From: Octopus bimaculoides
Lineage: Eukaryota
Reading direction: 5' to 3'
Assembly (NCBI RefSeq): GCF_001194135.2
Contig: NC_068990.1
Coordinates: forward strand, 73,945,408 to 74,009,407
DNA length: 64,000 bases
Positions 51,915-64,000 of the stretch are shown here, one piece after another (positions within the stretch are counted from its first letter, which is position 1; each line of letters starts with the position of its first letter). A program made the position numbers and the translations under genes. The notes under the pieces are model-generated. The model did not search any database. It was given only the letters and a program-made list of their open reading frames with translations, and was not told the DNA's origin.

Positions 51915-52055
51915 TTATTTACATTATTTACAATTGATCGATATTTGTCCTCATCTTGTTTGTTGTTAACACGTTTTGACTGATATACTCTCCAGCCTTC
52001 ATCAGGTGTCTTTGGGAAATTTCGAACCTGGCTTCTCATTCCTAAGGTATTTTTC
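51915..52055 (-). mobile_element. Penelope-like pLTR fragment with degenerate type-I hammerhead ribozyme (core ~51965-52010)
   Basis: The minus strand reads GACAC-CTGATGA-A-GGCTG-(GAGAGTATAT)-CAGTC-AAAAC-GTGTT. Stem I, the CUGAUGA box and stem II are present, but the GAAA box reads AAAA. Confidence 0.6.
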
Positions 52056-52064
52056 GATGTTGTT

Positions 52065-52098
<34 letters not shown>

Positions 52099-52325
52099 CC
52101 ACCACCACCACCACCACCACCATCATGAAACATATATAAGCATATATATATACATACAATGGGCTTTCTTTTAGTCTCCATCTACCAAATCCATTCACAA
52201 GGCTTTGAGTGGCTTGAGACTATTGTAGAATATGCTTACTGCCCTTAAGGTATCACACTGGGGGACTGAGTCCAAAACCGTGTGGCTGTTAAGCAAGTTT
52301 CTTACCTCATAGCCATGCCTAAAGA

Positions 52326-52337
52326 TTATGATGATAG

Positions 52338-52382
<45 letters not shown>

Positions 52383-52466
52383 CGACGACGATGGTGATGA
52401 CGACGATGATGATGACGACGACAATGACGGCGGCGACGACGATGATGGTGATGATAATGATGATGA

Positions 52467-52497
<31 letters not shown>

Positions 52498-52510
52498 GGT
52501 GGTGATGATA
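52326..52510. repeat. long compound (GAT/GAC/GGT)n microsatellite
   Basis: Read directly from the sequence; it explains the poly-D/M/S ORFs. Similar trinucleotide tracts lie at 9010-9065, 13860-13990, 19200-19355, 49130-49225, 51200-51315, 52045-52125 and 54345-54420. Confidence 0.95.
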
Positions 52511-52989
52511 TCAAATACTTCATATTTTAAGCATTTTTTACTGCAGTAGAAAGCCCAAGTGATCAAAAAAATGAATTCTAATTTGCAATCAGAAATTAAT
52601 TACTCAAAATTGTTAAATATTTGGTTACCAAAATAAATTGATTTGAAGAACTTGTCACATATGCCCATATAAATTCTATTTGCATATTCCTGCTATGAAT
52701 CAAAGGCTGCTACTTGTCTCTTGAAGGCAACCAAACCAATAAAAAAAGTTCCTGTGTAGTTACTCGACATATTAGAAATAGCTGTGAAATCTCTTTCAAA
52801 TCATGCTTTACACTCTTTAAAATACATCTTGTCAACTTTAAAAGCACAATGAGCTGAATAATTATAGCAATACAAGAAAAGCAAGTGACCATCACATTGA
52901 GCTTACTTTGGGGCATAAAACTACTTAATCAACAGTGACTAAATAAGCTAAACTGAGACCTGCTTTATCATAGAAACAAATCTCAGGTT

Positions 52990-53925
52990 TGGTCTTATTC
53001 CTGGTGGGATTTATGTGGGTAATGAGTTACTACCAGTAACCTTAGGTATCCACAGATTTTTGGCAGTCTTTCAAGCGCTTAGAACCCTCCTGATAAGCCT
53101 TGCTATCCCTAAGAGGCAAAGTTTTTGTAGGAGCTCTACTGGGCATTCTATTTTAATTTCCTCAGCCATTTATCTATATCTTGGCTTACTGTTCCCAACG
53201 TACCAATTATTATAGGCACAAACTTTGCTGTTCGCATCCTCCAACTTCTTCCTATTACCAATTTTAAAAGATTGTATTTTCCTTGTTTTTTTTTTACCTC
53301 TTTCTTTACAATCCTGGAATCAAATGGACATGAATGGTCAATAAGTAAGCAACTTTGCTTTTCCTTATATATGATCGTAATATCTGGTCTATTACTTTCT
53401 AACTTCTTGTCCATTTGAATAGGAGAGTCCTACAAAACCCTACATTTCTATGACTCTAGTACTCTTTTGACTCAATGATTGTACCATGTGTTTCCAGCTT
53501 CAAATTCCCATTTCTTGCACAGTTTCCAGTAAAAATTTTACAACCTGGTTGTGCCTCCATTTCTTATATTCTTCCTGTGCCAACTTGGGTCATTCTTCCA
53601 CAATGTATGCCACACTCTCGTTCAAAGTTCCACAGGCTCTACATTTTCCTGACACATTCTCTCCATATATATGTTTTCTCAAGTTTGTTTTTATTGCCTG
53701 ATCTTAAGCTGCTACAATTAGGGTCTCTGTTTCGTTTTTTTAATTACCCTTTTTTTAACCAAGCCCAGGATTATGTTTCACCTACGTCGTCAGTGGCTCT
53801 CCAAAATTGACCATACAGAGGTTCTTTCTCTTCGATCTGTCTGATGTGCTTTGTATTTCGTTCTTGTCCTTTTCTTCATTTACATGCCTCATCAGCTGTT
53901 CTTTCTTAACTGCCTTTAGTAGTTT
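52990..53925 (-). mobile_element. R4/Dong-clade 3' end (second subfamily)
   Basis: The minus translation includes STEKLLKAVKKEQ; KCRACGTLNESVAYIVEE*PKLAQEEYKKWRHNQVVK; NRPDITIIYKEKQSCLLIDHSCPFDSRIVKKE...KY...FVPIIIGTLGTV; and ECPVELLQKLCLLGIARLIRRVLSA*. Confidence 0.85.
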
Positions 53926-54119
53926 TTCTGTACTGGACAAAATGCTTAGTGATATTTCACCTCTCACTACATTCTGAGTTCAAATTCTGCTGAGGTCGAC
54001 TTTGTCTTTCATCCTGAAGGAGTCGATAAATTAAGTACTAGTGAAAGACTGGCATTGATGTAATCGAGTAGTCCCCTACCACAAAATTTCAGGCCTTGTA
54101 CCTTTAGTAGAAAGGATTT

Positions 54120-54344
54120 GGGCATTGCTGACTTGTGAGGTTATGTTGAACAGCTGCTGTCACATGTGAGACAGATCCATCTGTCGGCTGAGTCTGTAGT
54201 GATGATTGCACAACCGCCCTCCTTCAATTGGGTAGGCAAGGTAGTTTTCCTTTGTCTGATGGTTGTGGTAAAAGAGGTTGTTTGGTGGACAAGGCTGAAA
54301 GGCATGAGGACAGATATATTCCTCTTTGGTAGAGCTCTCATTGA

Positions 54345-54345
<1 letters not shown>
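54120..54345 (+). mobile_element. probable L1/Tx1-like LINE C-terminal fragment
   Basis: VEQLLSHVRQIHLSAESVVMIAQPPSF..KVVFLCLMVVVKEVVWWTRLKGMRTD resembles the post-zinc-finger region of Tx1-type ORF2. This is recognition from memory only. Confidence 0.45.
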
Positions 54346-54388
<43 letters not shown>

Positions 54389-55039
54389 CATCATCATCAT
54401 CATCATCATCATTATTACTGTCTCATTACGAATTGTCTCATAGAGTTTAGATTCCCTTGTATCATATTCCAGCCATAATATTGATTAATTATTTCCAAGT
54501 CTCTCTTCCATGAGAGCCTACATAAATTTGCATGAAGTACCTGAATTAATTTTTAATTTCCTTTTTTTTTTTTAATCTTTATATTCACAAATTATTCTCA
54601 TTTAATCTACTATGGTGGTTAGGGTAAGGGTTAGGGTTATTTGAACTACTTAGAGTGAGATTGGTATAATGTAGGACTCTAGTATGTAGCTGAGAAGTGG
54701 ACTAATATTTTATAACACTGCAGGTTGAGGTGGTAGGCAAATTTGAGAAAAAATGCATCGTCACCATCCTCTTCTTTGCTTTCCCTATATTTTTTGTTTC
54801 CTTTTTACTTTTTCCTATTTAAAAAAAAAAATTCCTTTTTTCTCTCTTTCTTCCCTTTTTTCTCTATCACATAACTTGACTTTGGAAAATGGAGCAATCT
54901 GGTGTGTCTATTTTAATGACCTACCAATGTATACGGTGAGTTTCTTTGCTCTTGGTGTCGAGAAGAAATGCGACAAGAAATGGAAACAAAATTGAAAGAA
55001 GAAGAAAAGTAATAGTAATAATAATTATTATAATGATGA

Positions 55040-55077
<38 letters not shown>

Positions 55078-55091
55078 ATAATAATAATAAT

Positions 55092-55282
55092 ATAAAAGAA
55101 ATTGGAATAAAGTGCCCAGCAGAACTGTTACGAAAAGTTGGCCACCTTGGCATGGCCAGAATAATCAGGAAAGTATTAGATAGCTGAAAAAGAACGAATA
55201 GCATGGTACCATAGGCTGCAGGTATTAAGCCCATTATGAATGCAAGACTCTAAGAGCTCCAACAAAATTTGTGATAAAGAGA
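55092..55282 (+). mobile_element. R4/Dong-clade extreme 3' end in a (TAA)n tract
   Basis: It encodes IKEIGIKCPAELLRKVGHLGMARIIRKVLDS*, homologous to the C-terminus at about 53070-53160. (AAT)n lies on both sides. Confidence 0.7.
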
Positions 55283-55296
55283 AAATAATAATAATG

Positions 55297-55334
<38 letters not shown>

Positions 55335-55771
55335 CGATATAAACGTATCTGTCAAGACCTACCAAAAACTGAGCAAATATAAAGATCTTGAAATAGAAAT
55401 TAGCAAAATGTGGAATCTGAAGACGAAAACAATACCTATTGTCATAGGTGCCCTGGGAATGACAGCGAAACGGGCTGATTACTACCTAGCTCAGATACCA
55501 GGAAACCCCAAAATGGCTGAAGTTCAAAAGATAGTGCTCATGGGAACTGCCCATATCCTACGTAAAATACTGTCTATGTGATCACAAATTTTAAAGAAAA
55601 CACATAATTTTCTTATGGTTTCTTAAATATTCACTTGAACAAAACTGTACAAATCCAAATATATGGTACCCTAGGCATAACACCTACATGAACTTCTAAC
55701 TTGTTGTCTCTTGAGGTCTCTGGGTGACACTTGGATCTAACTTGTACAAATTCAAAACAAAAGTCAAACAT
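55335..55771 (+). mobile_element. R4/Dong-clade 3' end (third subfamily) inserted in (TAA)n
   Basis: It encodes DINVSVKTYQKLSKYKDLEIEISKMWNLKTKTIPIVIGALGMTAKRADYYLAQIPGNPKMAEVQKIVLMGTAHILRKILSM* without lesions, then a 3' UTR. (AAT)n flanks both ends. Confidence 0.85.
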
Positions 55772-55799
55772 AAGATAATAATAATAATAATGATAATAT

Positions 55800-55990
55800 A
55801 AAGTCCATGTTTCTTACTGGCCTGGGTTGTATGGTTTCACAAGCTTTGATGAGCCCAAGAACTGCATCGTGCTCCAGTGTCTGCTTTGGCATGGTTTCTA
55901 TGTCTGAATGCCCTTCCTAATGCCTACCATTTTGCTGAGTGCTTTTTTTACCTTTTGTGCCAACAGTGCTAGTGAGGTCACCAACACTCC
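55800..55990 (-). mobile_element. diverged RTE-type 3' tail
   Basis: GCTTTGGCATGGTTTCTA...TGCCCTTCCTAATGCC matches the tail family. Confidence 0.55.
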
Positions 55991-56327
55991 TCATGGCAGC
56001 ACACTTCACATTTTAAGAGGTTGTACACAGGTCATGCCTACACAAGGAAATAGAAAATACTTTAAAATGAATGACTGCAGTAGATATGAAAAAATACAAC
56101 CAACAGAATTTGTTATCATAGCAAACTTCAACCTCAAAATTTCACTCACTACATCAAAAATCACCTCAAAACATATGTAAGAAAAAAAAATCATTGGAAC
56201 ACAAATACAGGTCCTAAAAATCAGCTCTGTACAATCATATGCATATCCTGCATCCAAAAAGAGGGAAAGAAAACACCAAAACAAAGCATAATAGCAATAT
56301 ATATATATTGACCTCTAACCCCACCTC

Positions 56328-56394
<67 letters not shown>

Positions 56395-56579
56395 AGAAAT
56401 AACTGAGATTCAGTCGAGTCAGGTACTTAAATTGAAGCACCAGTTCAGTCCGGTATTATCTGCACAGCTCGATGTAAGGTGAATAAGATCAAAATAAGGA
56501 ATGGTCGTACTGCATTACTACTTGATATCCTGTTGCTTATTTTGATTATATGTATGTATATATATATATATATATATAT

Positions 56580-56643
<64 letters not shown>

Positions 56644-56959
56644 ATATACATATAGAAATACATATATACATATATATATATCTATATATATNNNNNNNNN
56701 NNNNNNNNNNNNNNNNNNNNNNNNNNNNNNNNNNNNNNNNNNNNNNNNNNNNNNNNNNNNNNNNNNNNNNNNNNNNNNNNNNNNNNNNNNNNNNNNNNNN
56801 NNNNNNNNNNNNNNNNNNNNNNNNNNNNNNNNNNNNNNNNNNNNNNNNNNNNNNNNNNNNNNNNNNNNNNNNNNNNNNNNNNNNNNNNNNNNNNNNNNNN
56901 NNNNNNNNNNNNNNNNNNNNNNNNNNNNNNNNNNNNNNNNNNNNNNNNNNNNNNNNNNN

Positions 56960-57008
<49 letters not shown>

Positions 57009-57809
57009 CACATATATATATACATATACATATATACACACACACATACACACACACACGCACACATAGATATATATATATATATAAACCATCTGCCTCA
57101 GAGCATAACTACTCAACATCCAAAAGTCAATATCCCTCCCACACAGCTCAGACAATATACAAAACACATGCGCGTGTAAATATCTGCAGATTAAAGCTCT
57201 GAATTCAAATTTCTGGTTGTGGTTAATTGTTTCTTGTATCTCTTTCATTCTCCCTTTCCCCCTATCAATGCATGACGTTACTTTGAATTGCACACACACA
57301 CACACACACAGACTCATACACATACACGTTATTCATATGTAGATGATACCACATTGCATTTTCTGACTACATTTTGCATATGGGCATCATTCACAAGTAA
57401 CCTAGTCATCTCATGCTAAACTTACATTACGTTCATGATCAAAGGTCTGGAAAATATTCTTCAAAGGGATGCATAACAACCTAATCTTAATCAACTGTCT
57501 GAGAATAACACAATTACTAAATATGAGCGTGTGCATGTGCGTGTGTGTGCATGTGTGTGTGTGTGCATGTGTGTGCATGTGTGTGTGTGTGTGTGCATGT
57601 GTGTGTGTGTGTGCATGTGTGAGTGTGCCTGTGTGTGTGTGTATGTATGTATGTTTGTATAATTATATATATAAAAACACACGCACACATATACATATAT
57701 ATAAACACACACACACATATATATATATATATAAACACACACATATATATATATATATAAACACACACACATATATATACATATATATAAACACACACAC
57801 ATATACATA

Positions 57810-57873
<64 letters not shown>

Positions 57874-58237
57874 TAATAATGTGTGTATGTGTATGCATGT
57901 GTACGTATGTAAGCATCAAGAAGAAACACTTTCACCACAATGTCTTTTTAGAGACGAAGGACCTTAAAAAGGTTAGCAATATGTCAGCCCACACAGTGTC
58001 ACATGATTTCCCATGGCGACTACGTAAGCTATGAAGGAACCCCCTACATATTTCTTTTGGGCCTGCCAGATATAGCAGCCAAATCTTTCTCAAACATACC
58101 CTTCCATCTAAAAAAAAAAAGAGGGGGACCATATGCATTGCAACTCAGCATTTACTTACACGAAGCACTTTCACCATATTTTATGTCCAGAACTGCAGCC
58201 TTCTGAAAGACTTGCAACTGCCCACTCTTTTGTTTAA

Positions 58238-58457
58238 CCCCTTAGTATTCAAACCAGCCATATCGAGCCTAAATATTCCATCTGCTTTTTGTCCAAACTG
58301 ACCAGATCCAGCTTCTTGCACCTACCCCACAATATCATTCTAAAGATAAACAATTACATCATCAAAATCTCAGAGTCACGACATAACACGTGATTAATTC
58401 AAAACAATGTGAATAAATAAGCATTACATTTGACAAAGTAAACTGAATGCTAAATGG
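58238..58457 (+). mobile_element. TTAA MITE, same family
   Basis: It runs TTAA|CCCCTTAGTATTC...AATGCTAAATGG|TTAA, 220 bp. Confidence 0.85.
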
Positions 58458-59058
58458 TTAAACCTAAGTCAGCTGTTATTGAACAGACATACACTTGAAA
58501 TCACTTCATCTATAACCATCTTGTCCTTTATTCAGAAATGGAGTACATACGATGCAGGCATATGCAATTAGAATATTTCATATCTATATAAAAGGTTAAA
58601 GACCCCCTTCAGTCATAAATGACCATGAGGTTGTACCAGAAAGTTACCCTCTGAGACACAAGTCCAGGTGATGTTGTTTTATGGAAGACCAGCAACTCAT
58701 TTCTACACCCAAACATTATACCTGTACATAGACAGAGGGAAGGTAATGAGTTGCTAGGAGAGTAAATCATGTTTGTCTTTATTAAAGGTGTGGTTGGGAT
58801 AGGAAAGCAAAAGAAATGGGTAAAAATGTGCAGACTCATGCTATTTTCTCTACATGAAATCTCTAATAAAACTATTATAATTGCTCAGACACTATCGTAA
58901 TAATCTTAGTAAAGCTGAAAATTTGTAATAATATGTTTATTAGTAATATAACTAGAATTTTATAATTCTGATTTTAGTACTATCTTATGAATAGGTAGTC
59001 AATCTAACATTGTAGAATATTTAGTAATACTGATAAAAAACATTATTATTAACTAACA

Positions 59059-59265
59059 AGGCAACAAGTTGGCAGAATTGTTAGCATTCTAGGCAAAATG
59101 CCTAGAGGTATTTTATCCAGATTTATGTTCTGAGTTCAAATTCTGTCGAGGTTGACTTTGCCTTTCATTCTTTTGGGGTCAATATTTTAAGTGCCAATGA
59201 AACACTGGTAATCAACTAGTCCCCTCCAACAGAATTTCAGACCTTGAGCCTTTAGTAGGAAGGAT
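59059..59265 (+). mobile_element. third SINE-like family (copies ~13460-13560, 17690-17890, 50530-50750, 50765-50975 on -; 28930-29075, 43922-44124, 53925-54116 on +)
   Basis: The copies share TGGCAGAA..GTTAGCA...TTCTGAGTTCAAATTC..CGAGGT.GACTTTGCCTTTCAT.CTTT.GGGGTC...CCTTTAGTAGAAAGGATT. Confidence 0.75.
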
Positions 59266-59739
59266 TATTATTTACTAATGAATACATTTGTAGTAGATAC
59301 AGCAGTTGTAGTTTTATGTGAAAGGGGGAGAGAAAATGCAGGGCAATTCAGGTTTGGATCACATCTTAATGAACAAATAATGCTCAGGACTTAGCTGAAT
59401 TCAATGCTGGGAACTTGCTTGTGACAATTTTAAATAATAAGCAAGAAGATGGCTACCATGATGAGACTTGAAGGGAATACTTTAGTGGTTTTCCATTGAC
59501 TATTCCAGGCAGGTAGGATTTGAACTCAGAATGTAGAGAGCTGGAAGATGTACTGTAAAGCACTTCTGCTGATGTTCCAATGATTCTGCCACTCTCCCTT
59601 CTGCAGATCAATGTGAAATGAAATGTTTTGCTCAAGGACAAAAGGCATCACCTGGTCCAGGAATTGAACCTGTGATCTATCCTTTTGACTCTTTCCCCCA
59701 ATTTCATTTACCCCTACCTACATGAAAGGCATATCAGTT

Positions 59740-59960
59740 TGATACTTGAATAGGTGACTGACTTATTTCTTGAATTCAGTTTTGCATATCAAGTCATTGC
59801 ATCAATAGACCTCCAGCAGGCTTATCACCTCATTTCTAGAACTGTAGCTGTAACCTCTACGTACACCCTGCAGCCCATCATGATGCTACCCAACATTACT
59901 GATGAGGTCATCAATCACAATAATAAGATCATAATCATCATTGAGGTAATCCCCACTTCA
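59740..59960 (-). mobile_element. RTE apurinic-like endonuclease fragment
   Basis: The minus translation DLIIVIDDLISNVG*HHDGLQGVRRGYSYSSRNE..LLEVY*CNDLIC..EFKK*VSHL follows the RTE endonuclease pattern GDFNGHVG..GVHGGYG.G.RN..G..LLEFC.AN.L...NT.F.K..SHL. Confidence 0.7.
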
Positions 59961-60433
59961 GAGGTGTAACCAGGTTCTAAAGTTAGTGGGAGCAAACACT
60001 TAAGAAGGTGCCGTGGTACCCACCAAACAATTTTTAACACATTTCTCTTATATTACGTGTAATATTTAATTACTTATAATAAACGTAATCGTATTATACA
60101 TTCATTAATTTCATGTTTGAGTAACAATGTCATTATGTATAAGACTTACTGACGTGAAAAGTTGAAACTTCACGAGGATAGTCCAGTGTCGAGAAGTTAC
60201 GACGTCAGGGTTTGTTTTGGTTCTTCAGATGTCAGTGGGCACCAACACATCACAAGAAATTGAGCAGACAGTTCAAAAACACAGGAGGTTGGTGAAATAA
60301 AGTAATGACTCCAGATAGTTCTTCCAAGGTCATGTGATTAAGAGAAAAACAAATTCAACTTTTATCATACAAGTAAGCTAAAGAGTTAAAAAAATATTGT
60401 TAAAAAGGTACCAATTTTGGAAAATGTGCTCGT

Positions 60434-60832
60434 TACCAGCATTGCCTTACTGGCACTTGTGCCGGTGGCACGAAAAAACATTCGAACAAGGTCATTGCCA
60501 GTGCCACTGGACTGGCTCCTGTGCAGGTGGCATGTAAAAAACACCATTTAAGCCAGTACCGCCTGACTGGCCATCTCGTTGCCAGTACTGCGTGACTAGC
60601 CGTTGTGACGGGGCATGTAAAAGCACCCACTACATTCTCGGAGTGGTTGGCATTAAGAAGGGCATCCAGCTGTAGAAACTCTGACAGATCAGATTGGAGC
60701 CTGGTGCAGCCATCTGGTTCACCAGTCCNNNNNNNNNNGATTGGAGCCTGGTGCAGCCATCTGGTTCACCAGTCCTCAGTCAAATCGCCTAACCCATGCT
60801 AGCATGTAAAGCGGACGCTAAACGATGATGAT
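60434..60832 (+). mobile_element. RTE-type 3' tail
   Basis: Same 3' UTR family, ending in (GAT)n. It spans a 10-N gap with duplicated flanks. Confidence 0.8.
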
Positions 60833-60934
60833 GTGCTTCCCTATTAACTATGCCACTTCCCCAGTTAGTTGATAGGGCTTTCCCTTTTCCCCTTCTCCTT
60901 TTCTTGTTCTTCCTTGTCATGCAAATTACTTGGC

Positions 60935-61150
60935 AACCTCAAGAGTGCTGGTGGCATAAAAAAAAATGTCACCCAGTACACACTGTAATGTTTTTAGCTT
61001 TAGGTAAAACATCCAACCATAAAAACCATGCCAAAGCTCACATGTAGCATGATGCATCGCTATGCCTCACCAGATCCTGTCAAACTGTCCAACCCATGCT
61101 AGCATGGAAAATGGATATCAAATGCTGATGATGATGAAGGTGATGATGAT
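60935..61150 (+). mobile_element. diverged RTE-type 3' tail
   Basis: It ends ...CTGTCAAACTGTCCAACCCATGCTAGCATGGAAAATGG then (GAT)n. Confidence 0.65.
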
Positions 61151-61738
61151 GTAAGCAGTATCTTCCAGCACCAGACACTTTTACTGGAAGATGTGACCAT
61201 GATGAAATAATAAAAATGTTGATTGGATTTGTCGAGATTTACCAAGATTTGCCATTCTTACAAAATACAAAAAAAAACACAAAAGAAACTATAAGAAATT
61301 ACATGGTAAAATAAAATGCAGCATTAAAAATGCATGTTTAAAAGAAACGCTCCTTCTCATATACATACATATATACATGCATATATACATACACACACAT
61401 GCATGCACATGCACCCACACACACAGATATGTACATATATAATTTTTAATAAATGTTTGTTTTATATATATCTGCTTATCTTTCAGTCTGTGCTTCTCTT
61501 TCTCTCTCCCTCCTTTCTCCCTCTGTACACACACACACGCGTATATTTATTTATTTATTTATCTATTATATACACACACACAGATGCAGATATATACATG
61601 CAGAGATTCATACAATACATATGTATGCGCATAAATACACACATATAAAATTATATAAATAGATGTATAAATGAATATATATATATATATTTATATATAT
61701 ATATATATATATATACATACACACACATGTATATATAT

Positions 61739-61775
<37 letters not shown>

Positions 61776-62192
61776 GTGTTTAGATGTGCATTTTGATGGT
61801 GTAGTGTTATTCTTTCCATTCGTTTATAGTAAGCAGCAATAAACTACTCAGTAGAGAAAAGGATTTAATCAGACACCTAGTACATCACCAAGGGAGAGAA
61901 ATCAATTTCCTTTACATGATTATTTCCTTACTTCTGCTTTCCAATTGGATTTTATTTGTGTAATTTCCCTGCAGTCTCATTAAAAATTCTATATTAAATG
62001 AGCAAAACTACCAAAGTACAAAAGCGCCAACTCCTATTTATATGCACACACACACATACACTCACACATACACACACACACTCATTCTCTCTCATACACA
62101 CACACACACTACACAGATATATATATGTATAATATATGTATATATATCTGTACATATTGTACATATATATATATATATATATACATATATAT

Positions 62193-62233
<41 letters not shown>

Positions 62234-62255
62234 NNNNNNNNNNTATGTCTCTACA

Positions 62256-62297
<42 letters not shown>

Positions 62298-62861
62298 TTC
62301 ACAGAGGGAAAGAGAAAGAAAGAGAGAAACAGGGAAGAAAGGTTGAGAGCGAGCGATAGATACATATTTACACTGTTTATAATTGGCTTCATACCTGTCT
62401 TTCTAAAAATAATATTCTCTCTTTCACAATTATCTCGAACTTTTGACAACAATAGTCGTAACCTGATTAATATAAACTATAGCAAAGCCCATGACATTTG
62501 TCTTCTGATCAAATGACTGTCAGATTATTTTGTTAAGTCATCAATTCAACAATTTGACAATAATCTAATCCTTTGTGTATTCTCTTCAGCATTCGTAGCA
62601 ATAGGATAACCAAGAAATAAGGGCATTAAAAATACCTGGATGAGCGATATCAATTGTTGAGATTATTTCAAATTGATAGAAATAATATTAAAACATTATA
62701 AGCAGCAACAATTTGAAAGACAGATAAGAGCATTGAGCTTACTGAAAAGATTTGAACTGGTATTTTATCACTTGCATAGCGATAGAGGACTGAGTAAGCA
62801 GTTACACCACTAAACATCTGCTGTTTCATTTTTTTTTTTTTCCTTTTGAATTCATATTCAT

Positions 62862-63530
62862 CATTATCATCATCATTTAACGTCCATTTTCCAAGCTGGT
62901 ATGGGCTGGGCAGTTTGACAGGAGCTGGTAAGGCCAGTAGGATGTACAAGGCTGCACTGTCTGCTTTGGTATGGTTTCTACAGCTGGGCTGAATGCCATT
63001 CCTAATGCCAACCAATTTATAGAGTATACTGGGTGCTTTTTACATAACACCACCATCAGAGCGTTATACATAGTACCAACACTGGTGCTTTATATGTGGC
63101 TCCAGCACTGGTGCTTTTTATGTGGCACCATCACCAATGCTTTTTACGTGTTACTGGCACTGGCACTTTTCATGTGACACCAGCAGCAGTGCTTCTTATG
63201 TGGCACCAACGCCAGCACCAGTGCTTTTCATGTGGCACCAGCACTAGTAATTTCACATGGCACCAGTACCAGCGCTTTTTACTTGGCACCAGCACCAGTG
63301 CATTTATTATGTGGCAGCAGCACCAGTGCTTTTACATGGCACCAGTATTGGTGTCTTTTACATGGCACCAGCAGTGGTGTTTTTTTTTTTACATGGCACC
63401 AGCACAAATAACTTGCAAAGCAAAAACCTCTTAACTGGGATGAGGGAGTATTAGTGAGGGTGTTGGCTTTGTGCTAGTTGCTGGGTGATTAGAAGTATAG
63501 AGGGACAAGGGCAGGTGTCCAGCTGTAGAG
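62862..63530 (-). mobile_element. diverged RTE-type 3' end with internal minisatellite expansion
   Basis: A (CAT)n tail and CGTCCATTTTCCAAGCTGG lie at about 62870-62900, followed by tail homology to about 63035 and a tandem array at 63040-63405. Confidence 0.6.
63040..63405. repeat. degenerate ~26-bp minisatellite (TGGCACCAGCACCAGTGCTTTTACA-like)
   Basis: About 11-13 units with recurring (A/G)TGGCACCAG, lying inside an RTE-type tail. Confidence 0.8.
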
Positions 63531-63624
63531 TAGATACACGAATTGTCCAGCTGTAAAGGGCTTCTGCTTAATTAACTATACTAATTTAATCTCTATAAGG
63601 TAACTCGTTTAGTTTTTGCTTTTG

Positions 63625-63860
63625 CATTTTATTTGTTTCGGTCATTGGACTGTGGCTGTGTTGGGGCATTGCTTTCTGAATGGTTTAGTCAAATAAACTT
63701 CAGTACTCATTTTTTAAAAGTCTGGTACTTGTTCTATTGGTTTCCTTTGCTGAACTGGTAAGTTACAGGGTTGTAAACAAACGAACACCTGTTGTCAAAG
63801 TGTTTGTGTTTGGGACTCAAACACACACACACACACATGTATATATACATATACATATAC

Positions 63861-63929
<69 letters not shown>

Positions 63930-64000
63930 CGACAGGCTTCATTCAGTTTCCATCTACCAATTCCACTCACAAGGCTTTGGTCAGCCCAAAGCTATAGCAG
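63625..64000 (-). mobile_element. same SINE family, cut by the window end
   Basis: Tail at 63625-63810, (CA)n/(TA)n at about 63820-63930, head from 63930. Confidence 0.8.

Noticed and set aside
52195-52566. Poly-D, poly-M, poly-S and poly-I ORFs
   Set aside because: They are translations of a (GAT/GAC)n microsatellite.
60000-60420. CpG-richer segment starting after TTAA that might be a DNA transposon
   Set aside because: I could not find a matching second terminus or any coding remnant.
60690-60775. Direct repeat GATTGGAGCCTGGTGCAGCCATCTGGTTCACCAGTCC on both sides of a 10-N gap
   Set aside because: This is a typical unmerged contig overlap.

Overview
This is eukaryotic, AT-rich DNA saturated with microsatellites and broken by 14 N-gaps. 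The repeat repertoire looks like an octopus (cephalopod) genome, which is my inference and not a database match. I cannot confidently identify any host protein-coding gene. Nearly all ORFs in the supplied track are translations of microsatellites, gaps or repeats, and only two weak candidate micro-exons remain. The window is intronic or intergenic and is a mosaic of decayed mobile elements. These include RTE-clade LINE pieces (endonuclease, RT and many 3' tails), five R4/Dong-clade RLE-type LINE 3' ends, an L1/Tx1-like scrap and several tRNA-derived SINE families. There are also Tc1/mariner remnants (DD37D, ~DD41D and a mariner MITE), a TTAA-targeting MITE family, a hAT-like end, a Penelope-type hammerhead remnant and a Gypsy-like solo LTR. 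Two features stand out. The solo LTR (36506-36919) carries a 44-nt copy of the tRNA-Trp 3' half including CCA, plus a second shorter copy, in its predicted U5. A 2.4-kb bipartite, strand-switching minisatellite (23690-26085) is built on palindromic cores that resemble STAT, HSE and kB sites. All coordinates, counts and identities were read by eye and are approximate.
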